The translations under genes were made by a program, and so were the position numbers. Below the pieces are notes generated by a model. It saw only the letters and a list, made by a program, of their open reading frames with translations, ran no database searches and was not told where the DNA came from. DNA of 64,000 nucleotides from positions 64,001 through 128,000 of the forward strand of contig JBDRPD010000050.1 of the NCBI GenBank assembly GCA_043827405.1. Reading direction: 5' to 3'. Positions 37,701-45,343 of the stretch are shown here, one piece after another. This DNA comes from Elusimicrobiota bacterium. GTDB lineage: Bacteria; Elusimicrobiota; Elusimicrobia; UBA1565. The stretch's first letter is position 1, and every line of letters starts with the position of its first letter.

Positions 37701-39232
37701 GAAGGAAAGCCGCGATCCTGGGCATCCTGGCAGCGCTGAGCCTCGCCGCCGCCGCGGAGCAGAAACAGATCGAACAGATGAATGCTGAGCTCAGCCTGCT
37801 GGCAGAAAACATGCAGCGTCTGCGGAGCGATATCGCCCCCGCCATGGACGCCCTGGAGGAGATGCAGCCGCAGTACGAGAAAGACGACTCCTTTGTCCAG
37901 CTCACCGAGAAGCATGAGCAGTTGGCCGGCGGCATCCATAAAAATGTTAAAGCCCTCAAGCTGGAGGTCTATAAGTTCACCGACCTGCGCGATCGCCTTA
38001 ACGTTGAGAAAGTCCAGTCCGGCATTATGCAGGGCCTCATCAAGGGCAAGATGCCGGACGATTACGACGACCAGTTCAAGACGGTCATGGCCGACGTGGC
38101 ACTATCAAGCAAGATCAACGAATTTTTAACCGGAGTCGGCGAACGGCTGGAAAATGACGAGCGGTTATTCAAGCAGGCGGAAAAGCGGTTAAAGGACCGG
38201 ACCGCCATGAAATGGATGCTCGGCGGCGGCGGGATAGGCCTGCTCGTGATCGGTCTTATTTTGGCGCTCTTCTACCAGACCCGCCGCATCCAGAAGACGC
38301 AGATCGCCAGGCTGGTCACGCCCGACGGCGCGGCCCTCACCACCCCGCCGCAGAAAGGAGCGCCCGTCCCGGCGCTGGAAGGGCCGGCGCCGGGAAGCGG
38401 CAAGGCCCTCGTCGCCGGAGACGTGCTGGAAGGCATCTACCGCATCGAAAAAGAGCTCGGCCGCGGCGGCATGGGCGTGGTCTATGAAGCCACCGATGTC
38501 GCCCTCAACCGCAAGGTCGCGATAAAACATATGCTGCGGGAGATCGCCCAGCAGGCCGACGAGCTGGCGCTGTTTTTATCGGAAGCGCGCATGGTCGCCT
38601 CGCTGAAGCATCCCAATCTCGTCGAGATCTACAACATCCTCCGCAACCAGGGCCAGCTCTACATGGTCTTCGAGCACGTGGCTGGCCACCCGCTGAGCCG
38701 CTACCTGGAAGGCCGCCGCCGCTTGTCCGTTCGTTCCGTCAAGCAGACGGTCCGCCAGACCGCGGCGGCACTCGACTACGCCCATAGCATGAAAGTCATC
38801 CATCGCGACCTTAAGCCCGCCAATATCATGATCTCAGGCGACGGCACCGTCAAGGTCATGGACTTCGGCATCGCCTACCAAGCCAAGATGACGGTGGCGA
38901 AGGTCACGCAGGCCAATCCCTGGGGAACGCCGGCCTATATGGCGCCGGAGCAGGAACTCGGAAAAATATCACGCGAATCGGACCTGTTCGCGCTGGGAGT
39001 GCTGCTCTATGAGACGTTGTCCGGCGTAATCCCCTTCCCCGGACCGAACTTCCTGGCGCAGAAGCAGCGCGGCCTGTATACGCCGATCACACAGATGATT
39101 CCGGCCCTGCCGAAGGCGGTGGACGTCATCCTGACGCGCGCGCTCGCGCCGGACCCCCGGGACCGCTACCACACCGCCGGCGAGTTCGCCGCGGCGGTGG
39201 ACCGCATCCCCGAGGCGGCCGCCTCGGCCTGA
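37697..39232 (+). CDS. Membrane Ser/Thr protein kinase (signal peptide-helical ectodomain-TM-kinase)
   Basis: GRGGMG, VAIK, HRDLKPAN, DFG, GTPAYMAPE; ATGA overlap with TPR gene. Confidence 0.92.
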   Translation: MRRKAAILGILAALSLAAAAEQKQIEQMNAELSLLAENMQRLRSDIAPAMDALEEMQPQYEKDDSFVQLTEKHEQLAGGIHKNVKALKLEVYKFTDLRDRLNVEKVQSGIMQGLIKGKMPDDYDDQFKTVMADVALSSKINEFLTGVGERLENDERLFKQAEKRLKDRTAMKWMLGGGGIGLLVIGLILALFYQTRRIQKTQIARLVTPDGAALTTPPQKGAPVPALEGPAPGSGKALVAGDVLEGIYRIEKELGRGGMGVVYEATDVALNRKVAIKHMLREIAQQADELALFLSEARMVASLKHPNLVEIYNILRNQGQLYMVFEHVAGHPLSRYLEGRRRLSVRSVKQTVRQTAAALDYAHSMKVIHRDLKPANIMISGDGTVKVMDFGIAYQAKMTVAKVTQANPWGTPAYMAPEQELGKISRESDLFALGVLLYETLSGVIPFPGPNFLAQKQRGLYTPITQMIPALPKAVDVILTRALAPDPRDRYHTAGEFAAAVDRIPEAAASA

Positions 39233-39238
39233 GCGGAA

Positions 39239-39808
39239 CTAGCAGCGCCCGGCGGCCCGCCCCAGCACCGCTGCCAAGACTTTAACGATTTTCTTTCCCC
39301 CAACCGCGGGGACATGAAGGAAAGCGATCTTCGTCGACGTTTTAGCCGCAGCGAAGAGCGCCTGGTAGTACAGAAAGTTGCAGACATAGTCGCCGGCGCT
39401 GTCGGACACGACGACCGGCAGTCCCCGCCGCCGCAGGCAGCGCGCGATCTTGTCCACCGGCAGCTTTGAGCGCAATACTTCCGGGCCGCCCCGCAGAACG
39501 CGGCCGCTGCCGCGCTTCTCACCGGCGGCGTCTCCCCGCTTACCGCCGCAGATATTGCGCGCGCAGCGCTCAAGCCGGAAGGACTCGGCGCGGCGCGCCA
39601 CTCCCGTCAATAGGATCAGATCGTAGTCCAGGTATTCGAGATTTTGCGCCCAGCGGCGGCAGGAGCGATAGGAAACGCGCAGGACCTTCTTCCTGACGGC
39701 ATGGGAGTTGGCCCATGGACGCGAAAGGTCCAGGGCGCGCAGTGCGGTCGCGCTGGGATTATCCGGCACTCCCGGAAACGAGCCGAAGGCGGTGACCAGG
39801 ATACGCAA
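39239..39808 (-). CDS. pcp: Pyroglutamyl-peptidase I
   Basis: ILVTAFGSF...NPS, LE..ARN, S.SAGDYVCN, FLHVP; TTG start. Confidence 0.85.
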   Translation of the reverse strand: MRILVTAFGSFPGVPDNPSATALRALDLSRPWANSHAVRKKVLRVSYRSCRRWAQNLEYLDYDLILLTGVARRAESFRLERCARNICGGKRGDAAGEKRGSGRVLRGGPEVLRSKLPVDKIARCLRRRGLPVVVSDSAGDYVCNFLYYQALFAAAKTSTKIAFLHVPAVGGKKIVKVLAAVLGRAAGRC

Positions 39809-39814
39809 AATTAA

Positions 39815-40172
39815 GGGAGCGGCCCGTACCCCGAATTCTGTTCACCGGCCGAAGCCGGCTGAGGATCATTTCTCTAATGCAGCTACCGGACGGTTCCCGG
39901 CTCTCGCCGGGGCGCGGACCGCGCGAACCGCCACATTGCCTTGCTCCCGGTGGGGTTTACCTAGCCCCCGGAGTCGCCTCCGGAGCGGTGAGCTCTTACC
40001 TCGCCTTTTCACCCTTACCCCGCTTGCGCGAGGCGGTATGTTTTCTGTGGCACTTTCCATGCCCCGGGCCTTACGTCCCGGGACTCCCGCCTTTCAGCGG
40101 GCACCGTGTCCTATGGAGTTCGGAAGTTCCTCCCCCCCGCTGACGCGGGAAGGCGATCCTCCGGCCGCTCCC
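39815..40172 (-). ncRNA. rnpB: RNase P RNA (type A-like)
   Basis: P1 GGGAGCGGCC/GGCCGCUCCC; GAGGAAcuUCCG, GGAAAGUGCCACAGAAA, GGUAAGGGUGAAA, GGUAAACCCCAC.GGGAGCAAG, AGAGAAAUGA, ACAGAAUUCGG; downstream of Zn-ribbon and rnhA genes. Confidence 0.95.
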
Positions 40173-40180
40173 AAAATCTG

Positions 40181-40630
40181 TTACGAGAAGAGTTCCGCCT
40201 GGGCCGGGCCGGAACCAGGCGCCGCCTTTGTTTTTACCGCGTCGAGCGCGAGGTTGGCGAGCTTGTCCGCCCGCTTGTTGAGCTCGCGCCGCACGTGCAC
40301 GATCGTAAAATCCTCGAATCCGCCCGCCAGCTTGCGGATGCGGGTCAAAAAGCCGGCCAGCCGGGAATTCTTAATGCGGTACTGGCCGTTCATCTGCCGC
40401 ACCAGCAGCTGGGAGTCCGAATGTACGAGCACCTTGGCGGCGCTCAGCTTGCGCGCCACCTCCAGGGCGTCCAGCAGGGCCGTATACTCGGCGACGTTAT
40501 TGGTCTCCGTACCGATAGCGCGGCCGAACTCCTGCAGCGTCTTGCCCTTCTCGTCACGGATCACCACCCCGGTGGCGGCGGGGCCGGGATTGCCGCGGCT
40601 CGCTCCGTCGATAAAGATGTGGAGGTTCAC
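40181..40630 (-). CDS. rnhA: Ribonuclease HI family protein
   Basis: DGASRGNPGPA, TNNVAEY, DSQL, RELNKRADKLAN. Confidence 0.92.
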   Translation of the reverse strand: MNLHIFIDGASRGNPGPAATGVVIRDEKGKTLQEFGRAIGTETNNVAEYTALLDALEVARKLSAAKVLVHSDSQLLVRQMNGQYRIKNSRLAGFLTRIRKLAGGFEDFTIVHVRRELNKRADKLANLALDAVKTKAAPGSGPAQAELFS

Positions 40631-41373
40631 GCGCCCGATTCCGCGGGCTCGGCGGGTTCCGACAGCGGCTCGTGCAGGATTCGCTGGCAGCTGTCGCAGG
40701 TGAGGATCTTCGTCCCTTTGCGGAGGTCCACCAGATTCTGCGGCCGCTGTATCACGTTGCAGGCGACGCAGCTGCCGTCCTTCACCGCCGCCAGCGCCAC
40801 GCCCGCCCGCCGCTCGCGCGTTTTATCATAAAGCAGGCTGAGTTCGGCGGGGATGCCGTCGGCCAAAGCGGCGCGTTTCGCGTCTTCCTGCGCGAGCATC
40901 GCCGCTCGCTCCGCCTTATGCTTTTCAAGTTCCTGAATCCGCTTGTTGTTCTCCGCCTCCGCCGCCGCCAGCGTCTCCTTGGCGGACTTCTCTTCCTGAG
41001 AGGCGGCGTCCACCGCATCCATCAGCTCGAGGATCTCGGTCTCTAAATCGCCCACGACCTTCTTGGCTTCCTCGATTTCCTTAAGCAGCGCCTTGAACGC
41101 GTCGTTGGTTTTAACGGAATTGAGATCGCCCTGATGCTTCCGGATGGCCTCCTCGCTGGTCGCCATCTCGTTTTCCTTCTCTTTGCGGCGCATCTTAAGC
41201 TCTTTGCATTTCTGCTGCGCAGCCGCCAAAAGCCCCTGCTCCCCCGAGACCTCCGAGCGCAGGGCTTCGATATCTACGGGCACCTGGGCGATCTGCGCGC
41301 GCAAACCGTCCAGCAGCTTGTCGTGCTCCTGGAGCTTGATAAGGCGGGCGAAGTCGTCTTTAGTAACGGCCAT
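40627..41373 (-). CDS. Coiled-coil C4 zinc-ribbon protein (DUF164/CT398-like)
   Basis: LIKLQEHD N-terminus, long coiled coil, CVAC...CDSCQRIL. Confidence 0.88.
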   Translation of the reverse strand: MAVTKDDFARLIKLQEHDKLLDGLRAQIAQVPVDIEALRSEVSGEQGLLAAAQQKCKELKMRRKEKENEMATSEEAIRKHQGDLNSVKTNDAFKALLKEIEEAKKVVGDLETEILELMDAVDAASQEEKSAKETLAAAEAENNKRIQELEKHKAERAAMLAQEDAKRAALADGIPAELSLLYDKTRERRAGVALAAVKDGSCVACNVIQRPQNLVDLRKGTKILTCDSCQRILHEPLSEPAEPAESGA

Positions 41374-41418
41374 GGGAGGCCCAGAGTATACCAAATAGCC
41401 CGGCGAGGACGGACCGGC

Positions 41419-42072
41419 TCAGCGCGGCCGGCGCGGGCCCGGCTTGCGGCGCCGCTTGGCGGCCGGCTTGGCGTTGGCCGGCGGCGCGGGAGCTGTTAGG
41501 GGGACACGTTCGTGTTTGTCGTTATACGTGAAGCGCGCCTTGCCGCCGACCTTATGCACGACGACCTGGTCGACAAACCAGTCCCCTTTTTCGCGGGTCG
41601 CGAAGAGATCGAGGTCTAAATATTCCTTTACCCCGTCGCCCACGGTCCGAAACTCGGCGCAGACAAAGGCCCGATTCTCGTCCAGCTGCGCGATAAGGTC
41701 CTTATGCACGCGCCGCAGCTTAAGCGTCCAGGTCTTGTCCAACTCGTCGTCGCGCACCCTTAAACCGCCTTCGTCGGCGACCTTCATGGACACGTAGCCC
41801 TTCACGGCACGAACGAAAGCCCGCACCGTCTTCCTGTCCTCCATCCACTTCTTCACCGGCGGAGGGTTCGATTTAGGCTTCGCGGCCTCCTGCTGGGCGT
41901 TGCGCTTGCGGCGCCTGGCGCGCGCGCGCCGGCGCTCGCGCTCCAACAGCTGATCTTGCCCGCGGTCGATGTCGGCGGCCGGCGCGGCCGGGGCGGCCAG
42001 CCAGACGAGAGCCAGCAGGACCGAGAACGTTAGCGCGAAAGCGTTGGTGCGCCTGAATGCACGTTTTCCCAT
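41419..42072 (-). CDS. Hypothetical exported basic protein
   Basis: Signal-like N-terminus; promoter TTGACG-N17-CATAAT (42108-42080) with ATG 7 nt downstream. Confidence 0.65.
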   Translation of the reverse strand: MGKRAFRRTNAFALTFSVLLALVWLAAPAAPAADIDRGQDQLLERERRRARARRRKRNAQQEAAKPKSNPPPVKKWMEDRKTVRAFVRAVKGYVSMKVADEGGLRVRDDELDKTWTLKLRRVHKDLIAQLDENRAFVCAEFRTVGDGVKEYLDLDLFATREKGDWFVDQVVVHKVGGKARFTYNDKHERVPLTAPAPPANAKPAAKRRRKPGPRRPR

Positions 42073-42145
42073 TCGGCTCATTATGGCGTTTTGCCGGTAT
42101 ATCGTCAAATCCCCCCTCGCGATTTGCGATAATTTTCTACCGCCC

Positions 42146-42562
42146 ATGAGCGACATGCTGTTCAAGATTCGGATGTCGGACCGCAGGGTACCGTTCTCTC
42201 CCGAAAACCTCGGCCCCCATGCGCCGCGCCGGGCGGGCGTCTACCGGCTGCACCTGCTCGACCGCCGAATGCGGGCCGAAGTTCTTTACGTCGGCCTCGC
42301 CCTCGCCGAACGCGGCCAGACCATCCACTCGGCGCTCGCCGCGCACATTATGGGCAATCAGCGCCCCGCGAAGAGCGACCTGCTGAAAGAAGGACCCGAC
42401 ATTTTTTTCGACTATGTTCTTGAGCCGCAGCCCGGCGCATCCGCCGATTTGATGGATATCGCCGGCGCGCTCATTTCCCAGCATCGCCCGCGCCTAAACC
42501 CGTCGACGCCCCCGCCATCTTCGGGGCGCTACCGCCGGGTCGCGCTGGAAGAGATTACCTAA
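42146..42562 (+). CDS. GIY-YIG-like domain protein
   Basis: P..AGVYRL...VLYVGLA...L..H...LI..HRPRLN. Confidence 0.55.
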   Translation: MSDMLFKIRMSDRRVPFSPENLGPHAPRRAGVYRLHLLDRRMRAEVLYVGLALAERGQTIHSALAAHIMGNQRPAKSDLLKEGPDIFFDYVLEPQPGASADLMDIAGALISQHRPRLNPSTPPPSSGRYRRVALEEIT

Positions 42563-42573
42563 ACGGAGGCCTC

Positions 42574-42954
42574 ATGCCCGCAAAAAATAAAAAGAAGAAG
42601 ACCAGCCGCAAGAGCACCGACGGCGCCCAAAACGGCATCAAGAAAGAGCTTCATGCCCTGGGCCGGATGATCCAGGACCTCGTCCGCGACGCGGCCAAGA
42701 GCCCGCATATGCGCGGCGTCAGCGGCGACATCAAGCACAGCGTCCGCAGCGTGGGCCGCCGTCTGCACGCGGCGATCGAGGACGTGAAGAAAAGCGAACA
42801 GGGCGCGAAGATTAAATCGCAGGCCAAAAAGGTCTTCACGGCCGGCAAGAAGGAGAGCCTGAAGAAGTCCAAGACCCTGCGCGTCGATATCGCGCGCGGC
42901 CTCGACGCCATCGCCAAGGAGCTCTCCAAGATCGCCGGAACGATCGAGAAGTAG
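42574..42954 (+). CDS. Lys-rich helical hypothetical protein
   Basis: GGAGG RBS, typical codon usage. Confidence 0.7.
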   Translation: MPAKNKKKKTSRKSTDGAQNGIKKELHALGRMIQDLVRDAAKSPHMRGVSGDIKHSVRSVGRRLHAAIEDVKKSEQGAKIKSQAKKVFTAGKKESLKKSKTLRVDIARGLDAIAKELSKIAGTIEK

Positions 42955-42966
42955 CCGCCGGAAAAT

Positions 42967-43040
42967 AAGCGGGCCGGCGCCTGTTTCGACGAAGCGTAGA
43001 CCCTGCCTAGCGCAGAGGAGAAACAGGTGCCGGCCCGCTT
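42967..43040. terminator. Long inverted repeat between convergent genes (bidirectional terminator-like or structured RNA)
   Basis: AAGCGGGCCGGCGCCTGTTTC (42967-42987) / GAAACAGGTGCCGGCCCGCTT (43020-43040), 32-nt loop, A-run before and T-run after. Confidence 0.6.
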
Positions 43041-43055
43041 TTTCTGCGCAACCAG

Positions 43056-43910
43056 CTACGCGTAGTGGACGTCGCCCCAGCTATCCTTCCAAACGAGGAC
43101 GCCGTCGGCGCGCAGCTCATAGCTGCTGAATCTCGACGCCACCTTGACGCCGTTCTTGTACAGGTTGCCGAAGCTGTCCTGCCAGGCGATATCGCCGGTG
43201 CGCGCGGCGATCTGGAAAGTCTGCGCCCGCCCCAGCTCTTCCTTGTTCTTGTGCAGACGGTCGAAGCTGTCGAGCCAGGCGACGTCGCCGGTATAGTCGG
43301 CGACTTTAAAGCTCTGCGCCCGGCCGCCGAGCTCTTCCTTGTTCCGATGTAAATCGCCGTGACGGTCGGTCCAGACGACGACGCCCGCCGGATGAGCGAA
43401 GGAGAAGCTCTGCGCATTGCCCAGCTCGTCGCCGTTGAGGTAGATGTCTCCGTGACGATCCTTCCACACCACATCGCCCGTCCACTGCGACATGTCGTAG
43501 TAGGACGCGTCACCAAGCCGCTTCCCGTCCTTGTACAGGTCGCTGTGAGTGGACTGCCAGGCGACCTCTCCGGTGCAGGACGCCTTGTATGAGCGGGCGT
43601 TCGAGCCGATCCGCTCACCGTTCTTGTAGATATCCCCGCGCTTGATATAGACGACGGGCAGGTTGTCGCACGGCATGGGAAGCTCATTATGACGGGGCCG
43701 GTAACGGCGCCGTTTGCTGACGGCCGGCGTGACCGCCGATATATTCTGCGCTCCCTTTTTCGTCTCGAGAGAGAGCTGCTGGAAAGCGCCGCCCATCAAG
43801 GCCTCGCTGCCGGAATAGAGCGCCTCCATGGCGGCGGCTCGAGCCGCCGTGGCCGACGCCGCAAGCAGTAAAGCGGGAAGCAATATAGACATGATTTTAT
43901 GGCTTTTCAT
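43056..43910 (-). CDS. Exported protein with six ~31-aa beta-rich repeats
   Basis: Signal peptide; repeats of G.VAW.D..G.LY.NG..LG.A.SF. Confidence 0.8.
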   Translation of the reverse strand: MKSHKIMSILLPALLLAASATAARAAAMEALYSGSEALMGGAFQQLSLETKKGAQNISAVTPAVSKRRRYRPRHNELPMPCDNLPVVYIKRGDIYKNGERIGSNARSYKASCTGEVAWQSTHSDLYKDGKRLGDASYYDMSQWTGDVVWKDRHGDIYLNGDELGNAQSFSFAHPAGVVVWTDRHGDLHRNKEELGGRAQSFKVADYTGDVAWLDSFDRLHKNKEELGRAQTFQIAARTGDIAWQDSFGNLYKNGVKVASRFSSYELRADGVLVWKDSWGDVHYA

Positions 43911-43949
43911 TAAGTGACCCCAAAAAACTGATTTCTGCGACCTGGTGTT

Positions 43950-44132
43950 AGAATACCAAGAGGCCCCCCATATAAATAGATCCATAGAACCCACCGGCCG
44001 CTGGGCCCATAGTCCCGGCATGTTGCACCTCGTCCAAGGGCTCAGTACGCCCGGGCCCATGGTCCTGGGAATAAAGACTGCCGGCTTAAGGCACTTTCGG
44101 CCCAAGGCAAAAAGGCGCTAGTGCGCTATCCT
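43950..44132. promoter_or_regulatory. Divergent promoter region with multiple palindromic boxes
   Basis: Boxes at 43979, 44003 (GGGCCCATAGTCCC), 44030, 44053 (GGGCCCATGGTCCT), 44067, 44090; -10 TATTCT (minus, 43950-43955) and TATCCT (plus, 44127-44132). Confidence 0.65.
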
Positions 44133-44138
44133 TATATT

Positions 44139-45302
44139 ATGACGGTACGTCCCGAGATAGTCAGCTATCTGCGCCTCCACTCCGGGAAATTCGCGGACGA
44201 CGCCCTGCGCATACGCCTGATCAAGGACGGCGTCTCCGCGCAGGAGGTAGACGACGCCTTCGCGATCATCAACTTGACCCGCGCGCGGCCGCATACCGCC
44301 GACCAGGAACTCCTCCCGCTGCCTCGTCCCGCCGCGACGACGGCACCGGCGCGCTCCAGCCGCAATAAATATTTGGTATTTGCCGCCGGCGCCGTATTCT
44401 TCGGCGCCGTTATCGGCGCCGAGCTCTTGCTGCGCAAAATCAACGCGCCTGAGAGCCGGCAGTGGCTGGCCGCCATGAAGCAGCAGGCGGCGGCGCTCAC
44501 CGGCCAGCCGGCCGGCCCGGCCGGCGGCGCGCAGCAACCGGCCGAGATGCGTGACGCGCTCGCCAACGACCCTTTCATATCCTACGCGCAGCTCGCCTAC
44601 CGCTCTCTGACCGGCAAGAAATACACCGATGCCGTAAGCTATTCGGATATGGCGCTTAAAAGCTGGGCCGATAAACTGCACGGCAAAGAGAATAAGAAAG
44701 CGATCCTCGGCATTCGCGCCCGCGCCCACGAGCTCGCCGGGGAGAGCGCGCTCGCGCTTGACGACTACCAGGCGGTTGCCGACCTCGATCCGCAGGACGT
44801 CGAGCCCCTGCTCGGCCGCGGACGGATAATGCTCGCCAAGAACTATTCCAAGTCGGCGGTCAACGAAGCGCAGAAGATCGTCGAGCTCGACCCAAAGCGC
44901 CCGGAAGGACATGCGCTCGCCGCGGCGGCCCACCTGCAGCTGGGACAAAAGCGCCACGCGCTGCAGAGCTTCTCCCTGGCGCTGCGCGCGCACGGCGCGG
45001 CCGAAGCGCCGGGCGAAAAGGCCGAGCTCGTAGCCAACCTTCTCTATAATCGCGCGGTCCTGCTCGCCAATGACCGCAAGCTCCGCCTCGCGCTCAAAGA
45101 CCTCGGCCAGGCGATTGCGCACTCTCCCAAAACGGGGCCCTACTACCGGGCGCGCGCCCAGGTCTACCGCGCGCTGGGCGAAAACCAGCAGGCCGACGCG
45201 GATGAACAAAAGGCCGCGGCGCTCGGTCCGGACGACAAGCCGCCGGGACCGAGCCTCGGCCTGGGACCGACTTTGCCGGCGCTGGCCGCGGGCAAGTCTT
45301 GA
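44139..45302 (+). CDS. Membrane-anchored TPR protein
   Basis: N-terminal helical domain, single TM, TPR repeats (YNRA, PYYRARA..Y..LGE...A.AD). Confidence 0.8.
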   Translation: MTVRPEIVSYLRLHSGKFADDALRIRLIKDGVSAQEVDDAFAIINLTRARPHTADQELLPLPRPAATTAPARSSRNKYLVFAAGAVFFGAVIGAELLLRKINAPESRQWLAAMKQQAAALTGQPAGPAGGAQQPAEMRDALANDPFISYAQLAYRSLTGKKYTDAVSYSDMALKSWADKLHGKENKKAILGIRARAHELAGESALALDDYQAVADLDPQDVEPLLGRGRIMLAKNYSKSAVNEAQKIVELDPKRPEGHALAAAAHLQLGQKRHALQSFSLALRAHGAAEAPGEKAELVANLLYNRAVLLANDRKLRLALKDLGQAIAHSPKTGPYYRARAQVYRALGENQQADADEQKAAALGPDDKPPGPSLGLGPTLPALAAGKS

Positions 45303-45343
45303 CAAGCGTCAACGCCACTCCTTAAACTCATAGGGCGCTCCCT

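Noticed and set aside
39708..40703. 331-aa plus-strand ORF
   Set aside because: Antisense to rnpB and rnhA; no protein features.
42967..43040. Hammerhead ribozyme or SRP RNA
   Set aside because: No CUGANGA core and no SRP domain IV motif on either strand.
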